Source: a virus
Lineage: Duplodnaviria > Caudoviricetes
IMG/VR virus record: IMGVR_UViG_3300021378_000015
Span: 1 to 64,000 of that record
Length of the DNA: 64,000 nucleotides
Strand: one strand, 5' to 3'
In this document: in pieces, positions 8,444 to 18,029 of the stretch
Layout of the letters: the number at the start of each line of letters is the position of its first letter
How positions within the stretch are numbered: the stretch's first letter is position 1
Position numbers and translations under genes: made by a program
Notes under the pieces: generated by a model
Database searches by the model: none
The model's input: the letters and a program-made list of their open reading frames with translations, nothing else
Told to the model about the DNA's origin: nothing

Positions 8444-10876
8444 ATGGATAACCAATATAAATCAGGACAGTCTTCCTTTCCAGACGCTTTAGCAGGCACA
8501 GAGGAAAAGATGTCTATGCCTTATGGCTTGCAATATGCAAAGGCCATGTTCGCTCAATGGGTTGGGAGTGACTATCAAAATTCATTATACGGCAGAAGAA
8601 ATACAGAAATGGAACGCTGTAGAGACTATGCTCAGGGAACTCAAGACACGTCTATATACAGACAGATTCTAAATTCTCTTGACCCTAATAACGGGGATGG
8701 AACATTATTAACTCTTGATTACACACCTGTTCCAATCGTTCCAAAGTTTGTAAAGATTGTTGTAAACAAAATATTATCTAAAGAGCCTTATCCACAAATA
8801 CAGGCAATAGACCCTCTTTCAAGATCAGAAAAAGATAAAAAGAAAGCCGCTACTATTTTACGTATTGAAAACCGTAACATAATAGAAGAGGCTAAAGCAC
8901 TTGGTTTAAATGTTTCAGTAGATCCAAATGAACTACCGGAAACACCAGAGGAAACAGAAATATTTCTTGACACAAATATCAAAACTGACGCTGAGATATC
9001 TGCACAGATTGCTACTGAACTGACTCTCAAGTGGAACAACTTTAATGAATCTATATATCGCCGTTGTGTTGAAGACTTGGCCACACTTGGTATGGCTGTG
9101 GCTAAACGTACTAATGATCCTAACTATGGCATCAAAGAAGAATATGTTGATCCAAAACGGTTTGTCCATAACTATACTGATGATCCGAACTTTGGGGACC
9201 TGACATATGCTGGACACTTTAAGTTCATAACCATAATGGAACTCAAGCGTATTGCCGGTGATCAGTTTACTGAAGCGCAATACGAACAGATTGCAAAGAC
9301 CGTAATGAACAAGTACGGAAACAATCCGACTCAATTTAGTTCTGCTGGATATACTTATGATCGTCCAGGAACACGTTACCGTCAGGGATACGATGAGTAC
9401 AAGGTTGAAGTTATGGACTTTGAGTTCATGTCTGTTGACAACATCATATACGAGAAGAAAGAATCTGCTTATGGGAACATAGGCTTTTATTACAAAGGGA
9501 CAGAGTACAATGCTCCTCAACAATCGGTATACGATCGAGAAGCAATGTACATGAGTAACGCTACTGTATACGGAGGTACTTACATTGTGGGTACAGAGTT
9601 AATGTTTGACTACGGTCCTAAGAAAAACATACCTAAGAACGTACACGATATATCCCGTGCTACATTATCATACAGCGCCATTGCAACAAACATTAGAGGA
9701 ATGATTCCTAAATCAATGGTTTCCTCTGTTATTGGGTTTGCTGATATGTTACAAATCACACACCTCAAGATTCAACAATCTATTGCTAAGGCAAAGCCTG
9801 ATGGTTTGATCATAGATATCGAGGGCTTAGAGAATGTACAACTTGGTAGAGGTGGAGAACTTCAACCATTAGAGATTCAAGACATATACGAACAAACTGG
9901 TATCTTCTATTACAGAAGTAAAAATCCAGAAGGTGGATTCCAAAACCCACCGGTTCGCGAAATAGGAAATGCTATCAGAAACATCACAGAATTGGTTGCT
10001 ATATACAATCACTATCTAAGGATGATTAGAGACGCCACAGGGATCAATGAGGTCATGGATGGAACTTCACCCAAGGGAGATGCTCTTGTGGGCGTTAGAC
10101 AGCAGCAAATAGCCGCAGGTAACAATGCTATATATGATATTACTAACGCTGCTATGGTTCTTTACAAAAAGGTTTGTGAAGACGTTGTGAAATGTTTACA
10201 GATTATACCACCAAAAAGTATTCTTTACAAGGCATATACTAATGCTATTGGAGAAACAAACATGGCGGTGATAACCTCGTTTGATAATCTATCTATGTAC
10301 AACTTTGGAGTAATGGTTGTTACAGAAATGGGTGAGATGGACAAGGCCTATTTAGAACAAAATATTCAAATAGCGCTTGCTCAAAAAGAAATTGATCTTG
10401 AGGATGCTATTGCGATCAGACAAATAAAGGATGTTGAGCAAGCCGAAAGATTATTGGTTGTTCGTCGCAAGAAGCGTATGAAGCAGCAGCAACAAATAGC
10501 GGCTCAAAATATGCAGATGCAAGCACAGGCAAATGCAGAGTCATCACAAGTTGCAGGTCAGATTGAAATGCAGAAAAAACAAATGGAGGCTCAGATAGAA
10601 GCACAGCGCATTCAATTAGAGACCCAAGCAAAAGCACAACTGTTGGAACTTGAATATCAATACAAGATTCAATTAGAAAACATAAAAGGAGAGTACGGTA
10701 TTGTTGAACAACAAATTGAGAGTGGGGTAAAGCAACAAGAGCAGGCAGTATCAGAGAACCGTAAAGATGCTCGAATAGATAAGCAGGCTGCTGCTCAAAG
10801 TAAATTAATCGCTCAACGTCAAGGAGAGAGACCCCCAATGGAAGAAGAAGTAATAACAAACTTAACCCTATCGTAA
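8444..10876 (+). CDS. Portal protein
   Basis: 810 aa after TerL; PVPIVPKFV, IRDATGINE..DG, Gln-rich coiled-coil C-terminus. Confidence 0.88.
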   Translation: MDNQYKSGQSSFPDALAGTEEKMSMPYGLQYAKAMFAQWVGSDYQNSLYGRRNTEMERCRDYAQGTQDTSIYRQILNSLDPNNGDGTLLTLDYTPVPIVPKFVKIVVNKILSKEPYPQIQAIDPLSRSEKDKKKAATILRIENRNIIEEAKALGLNVSVDPNELPETPEETEIFLDTNIKTDAEISAQIATELTLKWNNFNESIYRRCVEDLATLGMAVAKRTNDPNYGIKEEYVDPKRFVHNYTDDPNFGDLTYAGHFKFITIMELKRIAGDQFTEAQYEQIAKTVMNKYGNNPTQFSSAGYTYDRPGTRYRQGYDEYKVEVMDFEFMSVDNIIYEKKESAYGNIGFYYKGTEYNAPQQSVYDREAMYMSNATVYGGTYIVGTELMFDYGPKKNIPKNVHDISRATLSYSAIATNIRGMIPKSMVSSVIGFADMLQITHLKIQQSIAKAKPDGLIIDIEGLENVQLGRGGELQPLEIQDIYEQTGIFYYRSKNPEGGFQNPPVREIGNAIRNITELVAIYNHYLRMIRDATGINEVMDGTSPKGDALVGVRQQQIAAGNNAIYDITNAAMVLYKKVCEDVVKCLQIIPPKSILYKAYTNAIGETNMAVITSFDNLSMYNFGVMVVTEMGEMDKAYLEQNIQIALAQKEIDLEDAIAIRQIKDVEQAERLLVVRRKKRMKQQQQIAAQNMQMQAQANAESSQVAGQIEMQKKQMEAQIEAQRIQLETQAKAQLLELEYQYKIQLENIKGEYGIVEQQIESGVKQQEQAVSENRKDARIDKQAAAQSKLIAQRQGERPPMEEEVITNLTLS

Positions 10877-10877
10877 T

Positions 10878-11276
10878 ATGGCTTGCGGATGCTCAAATAG
10901 TCCATGTTCATGTCCTAACCCGACAAACTTAAATATGAACAACGCTGCACAGTTAAATATCTGTACGCGTCGTGGAGACACGTTTATCTTAAACTCTGTT
11001 GTAGCATCCTCGAATGGTGTGAAGTTAGATCTTACTCTATACTCTTTTAAAATGGAAGTTAGAGAATATGACAATGGACCACTGGTTATAACCAATACCG
11101 ATATAACTACCACTGGAGATATCAATGGAAATCTCGTGGTGACTATAACAGCGGCTAATATGCAGGTACCAGCAGGTACATATGTATATGGTTTTCAATC
11201 AACACTTACATCTGCTGGCACTGTTGAGACTTGGTTCTATGGAACCTTTGAAGTAGTGCAGGACATCGTAACATAA
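10878..11276 (+). CDS. Putative fibre adaptor (BppU/DUF2479-like beta sandwich) with Cys-rich N-terminus
   Basis: RRGDTF..DLT.Y..MEVR..GTYVY..GTFEV; MACGCSNSPCSCP. Confidence 0.55.
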   Translation: MACGCSNSPCSCPNPTNLNMNNAAQLNICTRRGDTFILNSVVASSNGVKLDLTLYSFKMEVREYDNGPLVITNTDITTTGDINGNLVVTITAANMQVPAGTYVYGFQSTLTSAGTVETWFYGTFEVVQDIVT

Positions 11277-11294
11277 ATTTCAGAACAACCCCTA

Positions 11295-14200
11295 ATGGCT
11301 GAAGTAGAAATCATAGTAATAGAAGCAGGCGGACTTGTCTTCGACATAACACTTCCACCTCAAACAACAGCGGTAATAACTCCTGGTAGTGTTACTCAAC
11401 TTGTTGGTGCCAAAGGAGACAAGGGACAAAAGGGCCAGAAGGGTGAAATAGGTCTTAAAGGTTCTAAAGGGGAAATAGGAGTTAAGGGTGATACTGGATC
11501 AAAAGGAAATACTGGAGATAAGGGTACTACTGGTGATAAAGGCATACAGGGCGACAAAGGTGAAGTCGGTGCAAAAGGAGAAGAAGGTGCTAAAGGTGAG
11601 ATCGGTGTTAAAGGAGATACCGGTGCAAAGGGAGACACTGGAGACAAAGGTACTTCTGGAGACAAAGGCCAGAAAGGTATAGATGGATCCAAAGGACAAG
11701 AAGGCGCTAAAGGAAATATCGGTGATAAGGGTACTACTGGAGATAAAGGTATTACTGGTGATAAGGGCGAGGCTGGTGACAAAGGCCAAAAGGGTATTGA
11801 TGGTACCAAAGGAGATACTGGTGATAAAGGTACTGCTGGAGATAAAGGTCAGAAAGGAATTGACGGAACCAAAGGAGATACGGGAGACAAAGGTACCGCT
11901 GGAGAAAAAGGAGAGAAAGGAATTGATGGCACCAAAGGAGATACTGGCGACAAGGGAATCACTGGTGATAAAGGTGAGGCCGGAGCCAAAGGTGAAAAAG
12001 GAATTGACGGAACCAAAGGAGATACTGGTGATAAAGGTACCGCTGGAGAAAAAGGAGAAAAAGGAATTGATGGTACCAAAGGAGATACTGGCGACAAAGG
12101 TCAGAAGGGTATTGATGGTACTAAAGGAGATACCGGAGACAAAGGTACTGCCGGTGACAAAGGTGAGAAAGGTCAGAAAGGTCAGGATGGCGTCAAGGGT
12201 CAAGAGGGAGATTCATGGACATCAGCGGTAGGACCACCATCTACTCCCGGAGTTAACATAGGTGATCAGTATTTAGATACGGCCACTGGCGATGTTTATG
12301 AGTGGGATGGTGCCCAATGGGTCCCCACCGGAAATATCCAGGGTCCTGCCGGAGGCAAAGGGCAAAAAGGAATTGACGGTACCAAAGGTGATACTGGCGA
12401 TAAGGGAACTGCTGGTGATAAAGGCGAAGCCGGTTCTAAAGGTGAGAAAGGTATTGACGGTACGAAGGGCGCCACTGGCGATAAAGGTACTACCGGAGAT
12501 AAAGGAGAGAAAGGTCAGAAAGGAATTGACGGGTTAAAAGGAGAAGAAGGAGATAGTTGGACTTCCGCTGTTGGCCCACCATCTACTCCCGGAGTTAACA
12601 TAGGTGACCAATACTTAGATACGGCCACTGGCGATGTCTACGAATGGGATGGTGCTCAATGGGTACCTACTGGAAATATTCAAGGGCCTGCTGGAGGTAA
12701 GGGACAAAAAGGTATTGATGGCACTAAAGGAGACACAGGAGATAAGGGAACTGCTGGTGATAAAGGAACTGCTGGCGATAAAGGTCAAAAAGGGATTGAC
12801 GGCACCAAGGGGGATACTGGAGATAAAGGAACCACTGGTGACAAGGGTGAGAAAGGTCAGAAAGGAATTGACGGTCTTAAAGGACAAGAGGGAGATAGTT
12901 GGACTTCCGCTGTTGGACCGCCGAGTACTCCAGGTACTAACGTAGGTGATCAATATCTTGACACTGCAACCGGTGATGTCTACGAATGGGACGGTGCTCA
13001 ATGGGTACCAACTGGTAATATACAAGGACCACAAGGAGGCAAAGGGCAAAAAGGTCAAGACGGCACCAAAGGAACTACGGGGGACAAAGGTATTTCCGGG
13101 GACAAAGGTGAGAAGGGTATCGATGGTACGAAGGGCCAGAAGGGTGAAGACGGAACTAAGGGGACTACGGGAGACAAAGGAGAGAAAGGCCAGAAAGGTA
13201 TAGATGGCGTCAAGGGTCAAGAAGGTGACTCATGGACATCTGCTGTTGGACCACCGAGTACTCCAGGTGTTAACATAGGCGACCAATACCTTGATACAGC
13301 GACTGGTGATGTTTATGAGTGGGATGGTGCACAGTGGGTACCTACTGGGAACATCCAAGGTCCTGCTGGTGGTAAAGGCCAAAAAGGTGAAGACGGCGAC
13401 AAAGGTGCGGCTGGAGACAAGGGAACTGCTGGTGATAAAGGTGAGAAGGGCATCGATGGTACCAAAGGACAGAAGGGTATTGACGGTACTAAAGGTACAA
13501 CTGGCGACAAAGGAGATAAAGGACAAAAGGGACAAGACGGTGTTAAAGGGCAAGAAGGTGATTCTTGGACCTCAGCAGTAGGCCCCCCATCTACTCCCGG
13601 CACGAATATAGGTGATCAATATCTTGACACTAATACAGGAGACGTTTACGAGTGGGATGGTGCTCAGTGGGTACCTACCGGTAATATACAGGGGCCTGCT
13701 GGTGGCAAAGGTGAAAAAGGACAAAAAGGACAAGACGGTGCATCTGTAAAAGGCCAAAAAGGTGAAGCGGGTGACAAAGGTCAAAAAGGGATTGACGGTA
13801 CTAAAGGTGATAAAGGTATCGATGGCACCAAAGGAACCACTGGAGATAAAGGTGAAAAAGGACAAAAGGGACAAGACGGTGTTAAAGGCCAAGAAGGAGA
13901 CTCTTGGACTTCCGCTGTTGGACCTCCATCTACTCCAGGTACTAATGTTGGTGATCAATACCTTGATACTAATACAGGTGATGTCTACGAATGGGACGGA
14001 GCGCAATGGGTGCCGACTGGAAACATTCAAGGACCACAAGGCGGTAAAGGAGAGAAAGGTCAGAAGGGCCAAGATGGTGCTTCAGTCAAAGGGCAAAAAG
14101 GAGAAGAAGGAGATAAGGGATCCAAAGGAGAGAAGGGTATTGACGGTACTAAAGGTACCACTGGTGATAAGGGACAAACTGGTGAGAAGGGTGTCGCTGG

Positions 14201-17200
14201 AGATAAAGGCGCTGCTGGAGACAAAGGTCAAAAAGGTGAAGATGGTACCAAAGGCCAAAAAGGTGAAGAAGGAGATAAAGGACAAAAAGGCCAGAAAGGT
14301 GAAATAGGTCTTAAAGGACAAGAAGGAGACTCTTGGACATCTGCTGTTGGACCTCCGTCTACTCCGGGTACCAATGTAGGTGATCAGTACTTAGATACTA
14401 ATACAGGCGATGTCTACGAATGGGACGGCGCTCAATGGGTACCAACTGGGAACATCCAAGGTCCACAAGGAGGTAAGGGCCAGAAGGGTCAAGACGGAGC
14501 CTCGGTCAAAGGTCAAAAAGGAGAAGAAGGAGATAAGGGTCAGAAAGGTCAAGACGGTGCTTCCGTTAAAGGACAGAAGGGCGAAGCCGGTGCTTCGGTT
14601 AAAGGTCAGAAGGGTGAAGCAGGTGCCAGTGTTAAGGGGCAGAAAGGCGAAGAAGGAGACAAGGGCCAAAAAGGAATTGACGGCACCAAGGGAACTACTG
14701 GTGATAAAGGAGAGAAAGGTGAGAAAGGGCAAAAAGGAGAGATAGGAGTTAAGGGCCAAGAGGGAGACTCTTGGACTTCCGCTGTTGGACCACCTTCAAG
14801 TCCCGGAACGAATGTAGGCGACCAATACTTAGATACTAATACAGGCGATGTCTACGAATGGGATGGTGCACAGTGGGTTCCAACCGGTAATATCCAAGGG
14901 CCACAAGGTGGTAAAGGACAGAAGGGTCAAGATGGAGCATCTGTCAAGGGCCAGAAAGGTGAAGCGGGTGACAAAGGTGCACAAGGAGCGTCTGTCAAAG
15001 GACAGAAGGGCGAGGCTGGAGACAAGGGTGCACAAGGAGCATCTGTCAAGGGTCAGAAAGGTGAAGCAGGAGATAAAGGAACAGCGGGAGATAAAGGACA
15101 GAAAGGTGAGGCTGGTACTAAAGGTCAGAAAGGTGAGGCTGGAGATAAGGGTCAGAAAGGACAAAAAGGAGAAATAGGAGTCAAGGGCCAAGAAGGAGAC
15201 TCTTGGACATCGGCTGTTGGGCCGCCATCTACCTCTGGCACTAATGTTGGCGACCAATATCTTGACACTGCCACAGGTGATGTCTACGAATGGGACGGAG
15301 CGCAATGGGTTCCTACTGGCAATATCCAGGGACCACAAGGTGGTAAAGGAGAGAAAGGCCAGAAGGGTATCGATGGAGCCTCTGTTAAAGGACAAAAAGG
15401 TGAGGCTGGAGACAAGGGTCAAACAGGCGCTTCAGTTAAAGGACAAAAAGGTGAGGCTGGAGACAAGGGTGCAACTGGTGCCAGTGTCAAAGGTCAGAAA
15501 GGAGAAGCCGGAGACAAAGGTGCAACTGGTACAGCGGTCAAGGGTCAAAAGGGTGAAGACGGAACCAAAGGTCAGAAAGGACAAGACGGTGCTTCGGTAA
15601 AAGGACAAAAAGGCGAAGCAGGAGATAAAGGTGCTCAAGGGGCTTCGGTCAAAGGACAGAAGGGCGAGGCTGGAGACAAGGGTGCACAGGGTGCAAGTGT
15701 CAAAGGCCAAAAGGGTGAGGCTGGAACTAAGGGTCAGAAAGGACTTGAAGGTGATTCATGGACTTCTGCTGTTGGACCACCGAGTGGTTCAGGTACTAAC
15801 GTAGGTGATCAATATTTAGATACAGCGACTGGTGACGTCTATGAATGGGATGGCGCGCAATGGGTACCAACTGGAAATATCCAGGGGCCTCAAGGCGGTA
15901 AGGGTCAGAAGGGTCAAGATGGCGCATCCGTTAAAGGCCAAAAGGGTGAAGCAGGTGATAAGGGTCAGAAAGGACAAGACGGTGCATCTGTTAAAGGACA
16001 GAAAGGTGAGGCCGGTGCATCTGTTAAAGGACAGAAGGGCGAAGCCGGAGCAAGCGTTAAAGGACAGAAAGGTGAGGCTGGTACTAAAGGTGCTACCGGT
16101 ACTGCCACTAAGGGCCAGAAGGGTGAGGCTGGTACTAAGGGTGCTACTGGTACCGCTACTAAAGGTCAGAAGGGCGAGGCTGGTACTAAAGGTGCTACCG
16201 GTACTGCTACCAAAGGACAAAAAGGAGAAGTGGGAGATAAAGGCGCTGCTGGAGCATCTGTCAAGGGGCAGAAGGGTGAGGCAGGTACCAAAGGCCAAAA
16301 GGGAGAAGAAGGAGATAACTGGACCTCAGCAGTTGGACCACCGAGTGGTGCAGGTACCAATGTAGGTGATCAGTACTTAGATACTACCACAGGTGACGTG
16401 TACGAATGGGATGGTGCACAGTGGGTTCCAACTGGAAATATCCAGGGGCCACAAGGTGGTAAAGGACAGAAGGGTGCTGCTGGTGCTGCTACTAAAGGTC
16501 AGAAGGGCGAGGCAGGAACAAAAGGTGCTGCTGGAGATAAAGGTGCAACGGGCACAAGTGTTAAAGGTCAGAAGGGTGCTGATGGTGCTTCAGTTAAGGG
16601 TCAGAAAGGTGAAGCCGGTACTAAAGGTGCTACCGGTACTGCTACTAAAGGTCAGAAGGGTGAGGCTGGTACTAAAGGTGCTACTGGTACTGCGACTAAG
16701 GGACAAAAAGGTGAGGCTGGTACTAAGGGTGCAACCGGTACTGCGACTAAGGGCCAGAAGGGTGAAGCCGGTACTAAGGGTGCTACTGGTACTGCGACTA
16801 AGGGACAAAAAGGTGAGGCTGGAGCCAGTGTCAAAGGACAAAAAGGTGAGGCTGGTACAAAGGGACAGAAAGGTGAAGAAGGAGATAACTGGACCTCAGC
16901 AGTTGGACCACCGAGTGGTGCAGGTACTAATGTTGGAGATCAGTACTTAGATACTACCACAGGTGATGTCTATGAATGGGACGGCGCTCAATGGGTACCA
17001 ACTGGAAATATCCAAGGTCCTTCTGGTGCTTCGGTCAAGGGACAGAAGGGTGCTGCTGGTGCTTCGGTCAAGGGACAAAAAGGTGAGCAAGGTGTTTCAG
17101 TCAAAGGACAAAAAGGTGAGCAAGGTGTTTCAGTCAAAGGCCAGAAAGGTGAGGCTGGTGCTTCAGTCAAGGGACAAAAAGGTGAGGCTGGTGCTTCGGT

Positions 17201-17783
17201 CAAGGGACAGAAAGGTGAGGCTGGTACTTCAGTCAAAGGCCAGAAGGGTCAGACAGGATCAGCGGGTAATGATGGATCAGACGGTACTAAAGGACAGAAG
17301 GGTCAGACAGGTTCTTCTGGAACACCGGGTACTGGATTTACTCCTATGATTGGCGGAATTGACTCCAGTCAAACATTTACTACGGCTCAAACGCGTTGTA
17401 ATATAAACAGAACTTTAGGTGGTGGTCAAGCGGGTACAAACGTAGATATTAGTTCTAATCAAATTACTATATCAGCAACGGGTACATATCTGTGTACTTA
17501 CTCTGTGACACTAAAGTCTAATTACAACAACCGTTCATGTGTAGGTTTCTACTTAAAGCAAGTGACAGGGGGTAGCACAAACCCAATAGGTTCAGCGGCA
17601 ATTCAATACTTCCGTCATAATACTTATGGAGACTTCAGTACCCTTAGCGCATGTTTTATTTTCCAATCAACATCTGGTGATGCATATGAGTTGACTACAT
17701 CCAATGCTCTTGATGGTATTTGGAATCACTCAACGCAATCCGCAAGTGTATATAGAGGTATAATGGTTCAAAGATTAACATAA
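11295..17783 (+). CDS. Giant collagen-like fibre protein (Gly-X-Lys rich, 12 repeated knob domains, C-terminal C1q/BclA-like head)
   Basis: Long Gly-X-Y runs (GDK, GQK, GEK, GTK); 12 x D(S/N)WTSAVGPP..GDQYLDT.TGDVYEWDGAQWVPTGNIQGP; ITISATGTYLCTYSV in C-terminal domain. Confidence 0.95.
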   Translation: MAEVEIIVIEAGGLVFDITLPPQTTAVITPGSVTQLVGAKGDKGQKGQKGEIGLKGSKGEIGVKGDTGSKGNTGDKGTTGDKGIQGDKGEVGAKGEEGAKGEIGVKGDTGAKGDTGDKGTSGDKGQKGIDGSKGQEGAKGNIGDKGTTGDKGITGDKGEAGDKGQKGIDGTKGDTGDKGTAGDKGQKGIDGTKGDTGDKGTAGEKGEKGIDGTKGDTGDKGITGDKGEAGAKGEKGIDGTKGDTGDKGTAGEKGEKGIDGTKGDTGDKGQKGIDGTKGDTGDKGTAGDKGEKGQKGQDGVKGQEGDSWTSAVGPPSTPGVNIGDQYLDTATGDVYEWDGAQWVPTGNIQGPAGGKGQKGIDGTKGDTGDKGTAGDKGEAGSKGEKGIDGTKGATGDKGTTGDKGEKGQKGIDGLKGEEGDSWTSAVGPPSTPGVNIGDQYLDTATGDVYEWDGAQWVPTGNIQGPAGGKGQKGIDGTKGDTGDKGTAGDKGTAGDKGQKGIDGTKGDTGDKGTTGDKGEKGQKGIDGLKGQEGDSWTSAVGPPSTPGTNVGDQYLDTATGDVYEWDGAQWVPTGNIQGPQGGKGQKGQDGTKGTTGDKGISGDKGEKGIDGTKGQKGEDGTKGTTGDKGEKGQKGIDGVKGQEGDSWTSAVGPPSTPGVNIGDQYLDTATGDVYEWDGAQWVPTGNIQGPAGGKGQKGEDGDKGAAGDKGTAGDKGEKGIDGTKGQKGIDGTKGTTGDKGDKGQKGQDGVKGQEGDSWTSAVGPPSTPGTNIGDQYLDTNTGDVYEWDGAQWVPTGNIQGPAGGKGEKGQKGQDGASVKGQKGEAGDKGQKGIDGTKGDKGIDGTKGTTGDKGEKGQKGQDGVKGQEGDSWTSAVGPPSTPGTNVGDQYLDTNTGDVYEWDGAQWVPTGNIQGPQGGKGEKGQKGQDGASVKGQKGEEGDKGSKGEKGIDGTKGTTGDKGQTGEKGVAGDKGAAGDKGQKGEDGTKGQKGEEGDKGQKGQKGEIGLKGQEGDSWTSAVGPPSTPGTNVGDQYLDTNTGDVYEWDGAQWVPTGNIQGPQGGKGQKGQDGASVKGQKGEEGDKGQKGQDGASVKGQKGEAGASVKGQKGEAGASVKGQKGEEGDKGQKGIDGTKGTTGDKGEKGEKGQKGEIGVKGQEGDSWTSAVGPPSSPGTNVGDQYLDTNTGDVYEWDGAQWVPTGNIQGPQGGKGQKGQDGASVKGQKGEAGDKGAQGASVKGQKGEAGDKGAQGASVKGQKGEAGDKGTAGDKGQKGEAGTKGQKGEAGDKGQKGQKGEIGVKGQEGDSWTSAVGPPSTSGTNVGDQYLDTATGDVYEWDGAQWVPTGNIQGPQGGKGEKGQKGIDGASVKGQKGEAGDKGQTGASVKGQKGEAGDKGATGASVKGQKGEAGDKGATGTAVKGQKGEDGTKGQKGQDGASVKGQKGEAGDKGAQGASVKGQKGEAGDKGAQGASVKGQKGEAGTKGQKGLEGDSWTSAVGPPSGSGTNVGDQYLDTATGDVYEWDGAQWVPTGNIQGPQGGKGQKGQDGASVKGQKGEAGDKGQKGQDGASVKGQKGEAGASVKGQKGEAGASVKGQKGEAGTKGATGTATKGQKGEAGTKGATGTATKGQKGEAGTKGATGTATKGQKGEVGDKGAAGASVKGQKGEAGTKGQKGEEGDNWTSAVGPPSGAGTNVGDQYLDTTTGDVYEWDGAQWVPTGNIQGPQGGKGQKGAAGAATKGQKGEAGTKGAAGDKGATGTSVKGQKGADGASVKGQKGEAGTKGATGTATKGQKGEAGTKGATGTATKGQKGEAGTKGATGTATKGQKGEAGTKGATGTATKGQKGEAGASVKGQKGEAGTKGQKGEEGDNWTSAVGPPSGAGTNVGDQYLDTTTGDVYEWDGAQWVPTGNIQGPSGASVKGQKGAAGASVKGQKGEQGVSVKGQKGEQGVSVKGQKGEAGASVKGQKGEAGASVKGQKGEAGTSVKGQKGQTGSAGNDGSDGTKGQKGQTGSSGTPGTGFTPMIGGIDSSQTFTTAQTRCNINRTLGGGQAGTNVDISSNQITISATGTYLCTYSVTLKSNYNNRSCVGFYLKQVTGGSTNPIGSAAIQYFRHNTYGDFSTLSACFIFQSTSGDAYELTTSNALDGIWNHSTQSASVYRGIMVQRLT

Positions 17784-17784
17784 T

Positions 17785-17982
17785 ATGGCGGTTCAAGAAA
17801 GTTTCTACATACAAAATGCAGACAATACAGCGAATTTAAAAACCGATGGATCATGGGAAAGGACTGATGATAACTTCGATGAGTTTCGTTCGTTCTCAAC
17901 AAAGGCAGAAGCGCTTGCATACATAGATAATATACCCGACGGGGCATATGTGATATACAGTAGAATTGTAAAGACCAGTTAG
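17785..17982 (+). CDS. Hypothetical protein (possible fibre chaperone)
   Basis: 65 aa directly after the collagen gene. Confidence 0.7.
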   Translation: MAVQESFYIQNADNTANLKTDGSWERTDDNFDEFRSFSTKAEALAYIDNIPDGAYVIYSRIVKTS

Positions 17983-18029
17983 ATAATGTATCTTTAGTGA
18001 TGCAATAGTTAATTTAATTGTATCAACAA

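Noticed and set aside
12209-17020. Regularly recurring repeats resembling a CRISPR array or DGR template
   Set aside because: Repeats are in-frame coding modules with synonymous variation; no cas or reverse transcriptase gene and no adenine-specific variation
11396-17349. Dozens of alternative-frame and antisense ORFs over the collagen gene
   Set aside because: Shadow ORFs caused by GGN-NNN-AAR periodicity, which lacks stops in other frames; low-complexity translations
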